64,000 bases of DNA from Felis catus (lineage: Eukaryota). The translations under genes were made by a program, and so were the position numbers. The notes beneath the pieces were generated by a model. It searched no databases and was not told where the DNA came from. It saw only the letters and a list, made by a program, of their open reading frames with translations. The stretch lies in assembly GCF_018350175.1 (NCBI RefSeq), contig NC_058383.1, forward strand, positions 1,922,001-1,986,000, written 5' to 3'. Shown one piece after another: positions 39,001-49,933 of the stretch. Every line of letters begins with the position of its first letter. The first letter of the stretch is position 1.

Positions 39001-40230
39001 TGAGTTCGAGCCCCGTGTCGGGCTCTGTGCTGACAGCTTGGAGCCTGGAGCCTGCTTTGAATTCTGTGTCTCCCTCTCTCTCTGTTCCTCCCCCGCTCGT
39101 GCTCTGTCTCTCTCTCTCACCTTCAAAAATAAATAAAATCATTAATAAAAAATTTTTTTAATACCAAGAGCATTAAAAAAGGAAATATTTATGAGTACAT
39201 TTTTCTTTTCTTTTATTTTAAAATGTTTTAACGTTTATGTATTATTAAGAGACAGAGTGTGAACAGGGGAGGGGCAGAGAGAGAGGGAGACACAGAATCT
39301 GAAGCAGGCTCCAGGCTCTGAGCTGTCAGCACAGAGCTGGATGCAGGATTCGAACCCACAAACCGCAAGATCATGATCTGAGCCGAAGCCGGACGCTTAA
39401 CCGATGGAGCCACCCAGGCTCCCCTATGAATACATTTCTAAAGATACGAGCAAAACTGCAAAGAAAATTGTAAAACGTTGCTGAGAGTAATTAAAGAAGA
39501 CCTAAATATTCGTGTCCACATAGTGTTAGGATGTCAATGCTTCCCCAGCTGGTCTATAGACGTTCACTCGGAGAAGCACAGACAAGCACATTTCTGCAGA
39601 GCCAAATGACCAAACACTACTGGGAGATAAAAAGGAACATTGGGGCACCTGGGTGGCGCAGTCGGTTAAGCGTCCGACTTCAGCCAGGTCACGATCTCGC
39701 GGTCCGTGAGTTCGAGCCCCGCGTCGGGCTCTGGGCTGATGGCTCGGAGCCTGGAGCCTGTTTCCGATTCTGTGTCTCCCTCTCTCTCTGCCCTCCCCCG
39801 TTCATGCTCTGTCTCTCTCTGTCCCAAAAATAAATAAAAAACGTTGAAAAAAAAATTAAAAAAAAAAAAAAGGAACAGCCTACGGACATGCACACCAATA
39901 GGGACAGATCTTGGAAATACTCTGCCGAGTGAACAAAGCCAGACAAAAACACATTTTTCCATCGGTCGAAAATTCTAGAATAAGCAAAACTATATGACGA
40001 CCCAGGAAAAGGAAATCTGATTCAGACTGAAGGAAGTCACGATGGCGGCTCAGTGCTGTGAAGGGGGGCACAGGGGAATTATGCGGGGCGATAGAACATT
40101 CTAGCTCTCGATGAGGGTATTAGTTGCACTGGCATATGGGCTTGTCAAAACCCTTTGATCTCTAATACGTAAGATCTGTACATTTCCTGTGTGTAAATTC
40201 CACCTCGACAAAAACTTGTAATAAACCACT
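36085..40230 (+). mobile_element. Fragmented L1M ORF2 and 3' pieces interleaved with SINECs (37019, 38447-, 38701, 38935, 39200-, 39642) and an MLT1
   Basis: ggtccagatggctttactagtaagttctac, atcatttcaatagatgcgcaaaaggcatttgaaaa, aattaaagaagacctaaata and gatgtcaatgcttccccagctggtctataga are L1 RT-region motifs. Heavily decayed. Confidence 0.75.
37528..37990 (-). mobile_element. MLT1B/C-like MaLR LTR
   Basis: gtattagttttcc...ggcttaaaacaatagaaatttactatctcacag...tctgcaaagaccctatttcc...cacagttcaacccatgaca. Confidence 0.82.
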
Positions 40231-42612
40231 AGCCAAAAATCTCCTCTTTGTGCAGAAGGGTAAAACACTGCATCACGAAAGACGGATTATTTGGAATTGA
40301 TGATGAAAGCACTCCTTATCGGAGCTCGAGAGAAGCAGACAAAGCCACGTTTAAAGGGAAACGTATAATCTTAAATGCACATGAGAAAACATGAAAGACT
40401 GAACGTTAATTAGCTCAAGGGTGACCTCTAAACACTAGAAGAGAGGAAACCCCTGTGTTACTTGGAAAAAAAGAAAAGAATTTATGTCGGCTTCTACGAG
40501 GCACCGAGACAGACGACCAGGCCGAGACCCCTTCGCTTTTGAAGCCGAAGGTGTTAAGATCCGGGTTTGGACCCCAGGTCCACACGAGGGCGTGTTGGCA
40601 GCGAAGCTTCTCAGCTCCTCCCCGGCCGGCCCTGTCTCTGCTGTGTCAAAATTCCTTGCTGTACCGGCAAAGGGCAAATTTGTTCTGGCTTCCCTCTTGC
40701 CCTGGATATATATAGCATTTGGGGGGTCCTAGTTTTAGGGGGCAGTGGCTTTCTATTATCTTCCCAATAATGTATCGGGAGAGGCCACACACCGCGAGGC
40801 CGTCGGCTGAAGCTCACGGTCGCCCGGGCCGGCAAATGCCTTTCGTTCTGTTGCTGCTTCCGGCACGGTGATTCTGCGTCATCTCTTTAGCTCTTCAAGA
40901 CCTTTAATGACACGGGTTTTTACGTGTTATCCAGAATTCACTTGTTTGCAGCAGAATGAATCCAAGTACCCCATGTAGCCACATCCCCCAGCCAGGGAGG
41001 CGCACAGGACACAATAAAGAAAATTCTTTATTAATAATTCTAAGTACCAGCATGACAAAGTGGACAAAAGACACCACAAACAGAGGGAAGAGAGAAGCCT
41101 CGGGCTGGAAGACGATCCTTTAACGCACATAAGAGGGTTAAAGATTAGAAGGTACCGCAACATATATTAAAGGTTTAAAGATTAAACAGAGTACAAAGAG
41201 CATGTATGCTCCATATGAGGCACAAGATAGGTAGGGGCAGCTCACTGACAGAGGAATCTGAGAGGCCCACAAACATAAAAAGATGGTCAGCTTTACTACT
41301 AATTAGGTATACTGGACATTTGTTATTATTTTTTGGCCACTTGGCGTCTGAACCTTTCTGTCTGTGTTTCTCTCCTCTGAGAGCCTTTTCCCACGGTACA
41401 AAGTACAGCGTCGGGCACGCATGTCCCAGCTGTGCCTGGCCAGGCTTCCCTCGGGGCCTGTGGGTTCCAGGTGATGACGCACAGGGGCCACGGCACCTGC
41501 TCCCCACGTCTAAGGGGAGAAGGGGCCCGGCTTCCACCGGCATCCAGGGGCTACCGTCAGTGGTGCTGGGGTGTGACTGACACCTGTGACCCGGCCACGG
41601 GACAGTGCTATCCTCGCCGTCTGGCCGTCCGCAGACCTGCACGTTTCCGTCTACCTAGCTTTGAGCCTGGTTCCCCAGCCCTGCTGGAAATTCCAGGTGC
41701 TTTTGATAATTTTTCCCTTTCCGCTTTCATCAGAAATCTACTTACGTCAGGGAAAGGCGAGTTCGAGCAACGAGGAGACAGAGACCCCTTTCTGCACGCG
41801 AGATGAAGCGACATGGAAATATCTGGATGCTGGCAGAGGGAGTATAAATTGGTAGAGATGCTCTGCAGGGCAATTTGTGGATGTCTGATAAAGTGGGACG
41901 CAGGTATCTTATGACCTGGAAATTCCACTGCTGGTCACATTTTCTAAACTACAGCTTGTGGCGACAAGTGCAACACTCTTCACCCTGGTGCTATTTATAA
42001 ACCAAAAAGAAAAAAACCCAAAGTACTTTGATATCTATGTAGAATGAATAATAAATCCCACGTATTTATACACTGTATGAACTAGAACAGAACGTACCAA
42101 GTTGGAGAGATTTTGAAAAGGACACAGTGTTGCAAAAGGACATGCATGGTATACTATTTAACCATTTATGTTTATGTGCAGAGGGAACAGGCAGACACAA
42201 ATGAGGACAGGAAACGGAGGGAATCTGAAGACAGGTGGAATGTGTCAACGTCAGCCTCCGGTTGTCACAGGACACTATAGCTGTGCCTCGTTAGGGGACA
42301 CCGGGTCAACTGTTTCATCTCCCACAGCTGCATGTGAATCTGCACCAAATTAATAAAAATTTAATTAAAAAATAGCAAACAATGTATGTATTATTTACAG
42401 AGACATGATAGCTTCTTTCCAGAAGAGGAGAGCAAATGAAATTTGGGAGTGATAGGCAGGGGACCAATCAAATTTCTCCCCCCTTGGAAAGAACATTTTT
42501 GAGGCAAATGTGACAAAATATTAACACTTAAAAAATCTGCCTGTGGGTGAATGGATGAGTATTTGTATCTTGCTCTGTACTTCTCTTTGTGTTAAAAAAT
42601 GCTGCAAAGATT

Positions 42613-45600
42613 GGGGCGCCTGGGTGGCTCAGACGGTTAAGCGTCCGACTTCGGCTCAGGTCATGATCTCACAGTCTGTGAGTTCGAGCCCCATGTTGGG
42701 CTCTGTGCTCATAACTCAGAGCCCGGAGCCTGTTTCAGATTCTGTGTCTCCCTCTCTCTGACCCTCCCCCCTTCATGTTCTCTCTCTGTCTCACAAACAA
42801 ATAAACATTTAAAAAAATTTTTTAAATGCCACGAAGATTAGGTGAGCTGCTTAGAAAGGACTTACAGCAACGCATGGCTAGCAGTTGGCGCTCTGTAAAT
42901 CCCTAGGCCTCCTGAGAATTGCTGCTCTATTAGCCGGCGAGGGTAAGGGCTGCAGAAGCTTGCTTGGCCCTGGGGATGCCTCATCACCACATCCACTTTC
43001 CCTTCTTGCCAGCCCTCCTCAGGAAGGAACACAGCAAAGGAACGGTGTCTAAGAGAGGCAGGCCAGCATGACGGAGGGGAGCAGTCCACACGTGGGGACA
43101 CAGCTGTCCCTGCCTCCGCGGTCATCCCAAGGGCTGCGTGAGCTAACGCATGTTAAGCACACGGCGGGGCCGGACAGCTGGGTTCTGGTCAAGCCGGGTG
43201 CGGCCGGGACCAAGGCAGAGATGCTCCCCCAAGGACCACCGTGATCTTGTTTCAAAGTCAGCTTCTCAACCTATGTTACAGTCAGGATCGGGCGAAGAGG
43301 AGATAAACAGCTTGCCCGAGGTCCCTGGAGTTGAACAGGGGCTGATTGCTGACCATGCCCCGAGCTGGAACAGGTGCACCTCTGAGGCCGAGGGCAGAAG
43401 GGGGACTTGGTCACGTGAGAAGGGAAGCAGTCTGGAGGAATTGGGGCCACATCGGACCCCTTGAGTCCTCCTATCCTCCCCCCACCCCCATCCCTGCTCT
43501 GTGAGCTTAAGGACAGCCGCATTTAGACGAGACATCCTGGAGAAACAAGTGAGGAGCTCAATGCCTCGGGGAGCAAAGCGTCTCTGGCTTCTTAGGAGTC
43601 AGGAATTCAAAGAGGAAAGGCGTGACCAGCAGCCTCCTGTCATCAGCGGCAAAGGGAAGGCCGAGAGCTCCCTCTGCAGGCTTCTTCGGTGACATGTTTG
43701 TCCTTCCGCGGTGCCTTACACACAGCGGGGAACCCAGCACACTGTGCCCACGGAAGACCGAGGCTGTCAGCTCAGCGTCCTGTTCGAGGGTACCCAGCCA
43801 GCAGACAGGCAGACGGCCCCAAAATGATGGTTTCAATAGTAACGTTTTTAATAAAACCATTTTATTGTGCTAAAGTATATATAACATGGAATGTGCCATC
43901 TTAACCTTTTGTCAGTGCACGGTTCAGTGGCATTAACATTTATACTGTTGTGTAGACATCACAACTGTCCCCTTCCGGAACTTTCCGTCCTCCCACACTG
44001 AGACCCTGTTCCCAGTACACACTGACCCCCATCCCCTTCCCCAGCCCCCGGCACCACCATCTCCTTTCTGTCTCTGTGGTTTTGATGAGTCCAGAGACCC
44101 CTAAAGAGTGAGATCCTTCTGTGTCTGGCTTACTTCATTCAGCATCACGTCCTTAAGGTTCATCCACGTTGTAACAGGTGCCAGAATTTCCTTCCTTTTT
44201 AAGCCTGAGTAATATTCCACTATATGGATATACCACATATTATTCATCCATCCATCAATGCTTCCTTCCATTCATCCATCCTTCGTTCCTTCCTTGTTTC
44301 CTTCGTTCATTCCTTCCTTCCTTTTAAATTTGTTATTAAGAGAGACAGAGCATAAGTGGGGTAGGGGCAGAGAGAGAGGGAGACACAGAATCCGAAGCAG
44401 GCCCCAGGCTCCGAACTGTCAGCACAGAGCCCGACGCCGGGCTTGAACACATGGAGTGTGAGATCATGACCTGAGCCGGAGTCGGATGCTCAACCAACTG
44501 ATCCACCCAGGTTCCCCACATGTGACATTTTTATTGGACAGCGCTGAAGTACTCTCTGGTAGGAGTAACGTAGGCCATCACCAGCTATCAAACTTCATAA
44601 AAAGGTCAATATTAACACATGGGGCTCTCTACAACTGTGGTCCGGCCAAGATATCACATCCTTTATTTAATTATCAATCTATTCTTTCATTTACTTGTTC
44701 AACCATGCACTCATATGAACAGACATCTCCAAACACCTGTTCCCTACGGGGGACTTTGTCAAGATCCAGAGCTCCCGAGAGAAGAAACTGTAGCTCTTGG
44801 TCCCGATCTTCCTGGGTGAGTGAGGTTTTCCCGCCCCTTACGTTCCCCGGCCTTAGCATGGAACCCCACACCCTTCATCTTGCAAACCTAACTTATACGT
44901 TCAGAGAAAGCTGTGTGTATCATGTCCCTCTACCGCTAAATACTCAAGACACGTTTCCTTACAACAGTGATATTCTCTTCCACCACCTCGGAAAAGCCAT
45001 CAGCTTCAGCAAATTTAACCCTGTTAATGTATTTTTATCTGATCTTCTGTTTGTATTCCGATGTCCTCAGCTTTGTCAGTTCAGTCCGTGACATGCATCA
45101 GAGCATGTTTTTTTTCCCTCCAGTACAGGATCCAGTGAAGATGAGGCATTGGAATCAGTTGTCATGTCTCTTTGGTCCCCTCTTTTGGCCCTTACAAGCA
45201 GGCAAGCAAATCGTGGTCCACAGGAGGATAAGGGTCCACCCACGGCCACTCACTGGGTTAGTGGCAGAGCCGCTGCTACTCGTCCCAGTTGGCCACGGGG
45301 CTTGAAACTCTCGCGGCTCCCAGGACGGAGCTGTAGCCTCGTAACGGTGATGTCACGACCAGAATTTCACATTTATGCACACGGATGGTGGAAGCCTTCT
45401 GGGGTCGCCGTGGCAATAAGCCAACCCTGCTACACAGTTACTTTGGGAAAACATGCCATCATCCCACACAGTTGAGGACGCCCCACGCGAGACCCGCCCA
45501 GCCCAGCCCCCGATGCCGACAGTCTTCAGATGAGCTCGTGCGCGCGTGTGAGAACATTTTTCACAGCATTGTTTGCAGCACCGAACAAGGGAAAGAGCCC

Positions 45601-46542
45601 AAATTTCCAAGAGCCAGAGGAGGGACCCAGGAACTAGGATATGGTCTTCGGGCGCCAGGGTGGTTCAGTCCGTTGTGTCTCTTTTTTTTTTAATTTTTTA
45701 ACGTTTTTTATTTTTATTTTTGAGACAGAGAGAGACAGAGCATGAATGGGGGAGGGTCAGAGAGAGAGAGGGAGACACAGAATCTGAAACAGGCTCCAGG
45801 CTCCGCGCTGTCAGCACAGAGCCCGACGCAGGGCTCGAACTCACGGACCGCGAGATCACGACCTGAGCCAAAGTTGGACGCTTAACCGACTGAGCCACCT
45901 AGGCGCCCCTGTTGTGTCTAACTCTTGATTTCGGCTCAGCTCACGATCCCGGGGTCATGGGACTGAGCCCCGTGTCAAGTGCTGCATTGAGTGTGTAGCC
46001 TGCTTGAGATTCTCTCTCCTCTTGCCTCTCACATGGCTCCCATATGCACTCTCTCACTCTCTCTCTTTAAAATTAAAAAAAAAAGGAATAAAGAAAGTAA
46101 GATGTGGTCTATAATGGAATGTCACTCAGCAGAAATGAATGAGCTATGGTACATGAAAATGAATTAATCTCAAAAACATCATGGGAAAAAAGCGAAAATT
46201 CCAGGAAAAGATGTACAAATAGGGATCATAAACGTGCATTCTGTTCTCTGGTGATGCACATTACTATACATCGCTGTGTATGAAATAGTATTTTTTAGTT
46301 TATTTATTTTGAGAGAGAGAGAGAGAGAGAGAGAAAGAGGGAGAGGGAGAGAGAGAAGGAGAGAACATGTGAGCGGGGAGAGGGACAGAGAGAGAAGGAG
46401 AGAGAATCCCAAGCAGGCTCTGCACTGTCTGCATGGAGCCTGATGTGGGGCTTGAACTCACAAAATATGAGATCAGGACCTCAGTCCCTTGAGCCGAAAT
46501 CAAGAGACAGGGGCTTAACCGACTGAGCCCCCCAGGTGCTCC
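42613..46542. mobile_element. SINECs at 42613-42825 (+), 44325-44517 (-), 45680-45909 (-, nested in an older + copy 45650-46085) and 46290-46542 (-)
   Basis: Canonical motifs; the nested copy is flanked by gttgtgtct on both sides. Confidence 0.85.
43850..44255 (-). mobile_element. L1MB-like 3' end (minus strand)
   Basis: ttttattgtgctaaagtatatataacat...ttcagtggcatta...tggcttacttcattcagcatcacgtccttaaggttcatccacgttgta...taatattccactatatggatataccacat. Confidence 0.8.
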
Positions 46543-46624
46543 TAAATATGTATTCTTACATTTATAATGCACTTGCCTGTCTTTATAGATTTATACTTCT
46601 ACTATATATGGTATTTTAGACCAT

Positions 46625-46960
46625 TTGTGGAGTGTACATATATATATATATAATTTGTATGATATATATATTAGTTTATGTATATTAATATAAATGTGTT
46701 TACTATAAGCTTTCTTATATATTTATCACTATACATATTTCCTCTCTGCATTTACTACATATAGTATTTTATACATATTTGTACGGACATAAGTACTGTA
46801 AATACTATAACAATACATAAATATGCTATTTATGTAATAATTTTACTACTTATGTAATAAACATCATATAAAATACTATATAGAATTAAAATTCTACATG
46901 TAACACTATATACATTTTAGCCAGGTACCTGTTACATATACATCTATATTATAAACCTAT
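46625..46960. repeat. AT-rich (TA)n-like low-complexity tract
   Basis: Runs of tatata/atat with few G or C, in an otherwise GC-rich window. Confidence 0.85.
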
Positions 46961-48650
46961 AAAGACAGACAAGGGCGTGGTAGAGAAACTTTATCGCCCT
47001 TTCCGGACCGGTTTAAGTGTTTTACAAACTGGAGTCACGGGCGTAGGGACGATCCGGCGTGGGGCCCCCGGGGGACTTCTGTGCTCTGAGGACCACCGTT
47101 TGAGAACCGCGGGCCTGGCAGCTACCTTGGATCCTTCCCTCTGTGACTCTTTCAAGCGGATGGAAAAATCACAAGGCAAGTGCCGCTGCGTTCTGGAACC
47201 CGGCCTCTCTTCGCTCGCACGCACGCACGCACACACAAAAGCAATTCTGCAGGCCGAAGCTTGGAGAGCACTCTGCTGGTGTTCAATTTTCCCACAAAAA
47301 CCGTTGGTTTTGTCTCTGTGTTCACTTTCCTTTCCCACCACTCAGCTACCTCCTCCCCAAATGCGGGGTGCGGGGTAGGGGGAGGACGGACCACAAAGGG
47401 GTATGCATCGCTGGACCCGCGGGAGGCCTGGCCTCGTGGCCGCGCAGATCTGTCGAAACTCCCCCAGCTGCCCACCCCGGAGGGCGGCTCACAGCCAGGA
47501 AGTTCAGCGCTGCATGCGGTCCGGCCATCTGGCGGGCGACCCGGGCGCCAGCCCTCCCCGCACTTCAAACGAAACCACATGCTGCCCGTCCACAGAGCAT
47601 CATCAAAAGAGGGTGAGCCCAGAGCCCCTGCCTGGTCTGCCTTCCTTTCTTCCCCCGCTCTGGCACAGACGCCTCCTTCCCACTCACAATCGCGACCCAC
47701 ACGCTCGCAGCCACTAGAATGAGCCGTGACGATGCCAGCATGCATTTCCCTGATGCCTCCCCTCCGTGCAGGGGAGTCTCTCACCCCAGGCCCGCGGCCA
47801 CGGGACGGCAGATCCACATCAGGCCATCGGCCCGTAAGGGCTACCACTCACCAAGCACGCTGTAAGGGCTCACCGATCACTCACTATGTACGAGGCACTG
47901 TTCTTTAACTAGCGTAAGAGACGGGCAAACGTCTCGTTTCTTTGTTTGAAATCAGATTTGTCACAATAAATCTGATGATAAGCCTTCACTCACTGGCTAA
48001 CCAGGAATCCAATTTCACATTTTTTTTTTTAGGGGAAGTCCTACAGGCTGTTGTGTTTGGGCCTCGATGTTGACAACACAGCCCAGGCAGGCCCATGGCT
48101 GGGAGGTGAGGGGGGACGTCAGCCCCCTTTGGCGCAACAGGGCTCCCGAGACTTTGCCGAGGGGGCAGCAAGGACGCCAGACACCCCCCTGGCCACCCCG
48201 CTGGAGACCCTGCCACCTTGGGCTCTCCCTCACCCCTGTCCTTGCCTCCTGGGCTGAGGGACTAGATACTTCCCAGCTCTGAGCCTCTTTCTAAAACCCA
48301 GGAGTGACCTCCACCCTTCGGAACCCGGTGGGCCCTCTTGAAAATACTCTCTTCCTTTTCAGATAAGCCTATAGGAAAAGAAAGGCAGAAGTTATCCACA
48401 TTACCTTCCGGGGAGTCCTCCCTAGCCTAGGAGCTGCCTACTGTTATCATCCAGCTTCAGGCAAGAAAGCAGGCTCAGTGAGAGTAAATGAACTGCCCAC
48501 ACCAGGCGGCAGGCGAGGGAGGCACCCTGCCCTCCCCGCCCCGAGCCCTGGGCTTCCCACGGGGGGTGGGGGTGTGGCAGAACATTTAGCCCATCAAACT
48601 CACGGTTTCCTGGGAGCCCTAAATGTCTCCTTCCAATGAATTTACATTTT

Positions 48651-48842
48651 GGGGGGCCTGGGTGGCTCAGTCAATAAAGCATATGACTTTGGCTCAGGTC
48701 ATGATCTTGTGGTTTGTGGGTTTGAGCCCCACGATGGGCTCTCCGCTGTCCGTCAGAGGCTGCTTGGGATTCTCTCTCCCTCTCTCTGCCTCTCCCCTGC
48801 TCGCACACTGTCTCTCAAAAAATAATCTTACAACAAAAAATG
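48651..48842 (+). mobile_element. SINEC
   Basis: Head gggggcctgggtggctcagtc; TSD aatgaatttacatttt on both sides. Confidence 0.92.
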
Positions 48843-49933
48843 AATTTACATTTTAAAATCAGGTTTTGAGGTGTTAACTTTCCGGGCCCAGGATGGATGG
48901 TGCCGCCTCTGCCCGTGTGCCATCACTGCTGATCCCTGCAAGTGCTCCAAGGGACCAGAAACTGTCCTCCAGACCCCACACGCTGCCCACCCGGGCTCCG
49001 TCCTTATTTCCCTGTTCCTTCTCGCCCCAAACGAGGGTGACTACGCGGCCCCAGCCGATCTGATATGTCCTTTTTTTCTCTTCCTTGTTCTTCTTTGTCC
49101 CCATCTCGCGGTTCTCCAAACGGAGGCGGTCTGCTTCAGGAAGTGTTACGTTGGGTTTGCCTCGCCTACGTCGTCCTCTTTAATCATCCAACGGCTAACC
49201 GATGGAAATGAAAACGCTACCTCTGGCAGCACAGCAACTGGCCACACTGCCTGGCAGCAGAGGAGCCGAGTGGCCCGGGGTCGTGAGTCTGGCCCGGGGG
49301 TGGGGGGCGGGGTGCTTCCCGATGGATGGACCACAGCGCAGCCAGCTGCCGACCTGAGGAGCTGGGTGTAATTAAAGGCCTTAACAGCAACTCTGCCCAC
49401 GCGTCAAGTGTTATTTCTGACCCTCCGGGAGGGCGGGAGGTGTGGAGGCAGCCCACCACCACGGGGGACGGCAGGCTGGAGGCTCCGCCTCTTCCAGGGC
49501 AGGCAGCCTCCCCCGGATGTTGGTGGCACAACGCCTCCGTGACGTGGCCGTAGCACACGTGACTCGGTGGGCTACACTGGGCGACTCCGAATGGAGGCAA
49601 ACCCCAAATAAAGCGCACTCACACCATGTGGACAGACATCTGCGGGAGCACGCTCGTTTTGGTAAAAGACAGGCCATCATCCAGACGTCGGCAGTAGGAC
49701 TGGGCCGCTGTGGTGCATCTGGAGACGTTCTGATGGAGAGAAAGGGCATACGCCGGCCAGGCCAGCGGGACGTGCTGAAGGACAGCTACTGGCAGAGGAG
49801 GTCTTGGGTGTCCACAGCTCCACTTGCGAGGCTCCTGGGTGGCCCGCCACCAAGAGGGACGGTTTTCCCAGGGTGTTCCCGGTCAGTCGCTCAAGGACAG
49901 ACACCCGGGCAGCTAATCGGGTTATTCAAAGTA

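Noticed and set aside
44486..45091. 201-aa plus-strand ORF
   Set aside because: Starts inside a SINE at a non-supported start, has no recognisable domain and no exon-like splice context.
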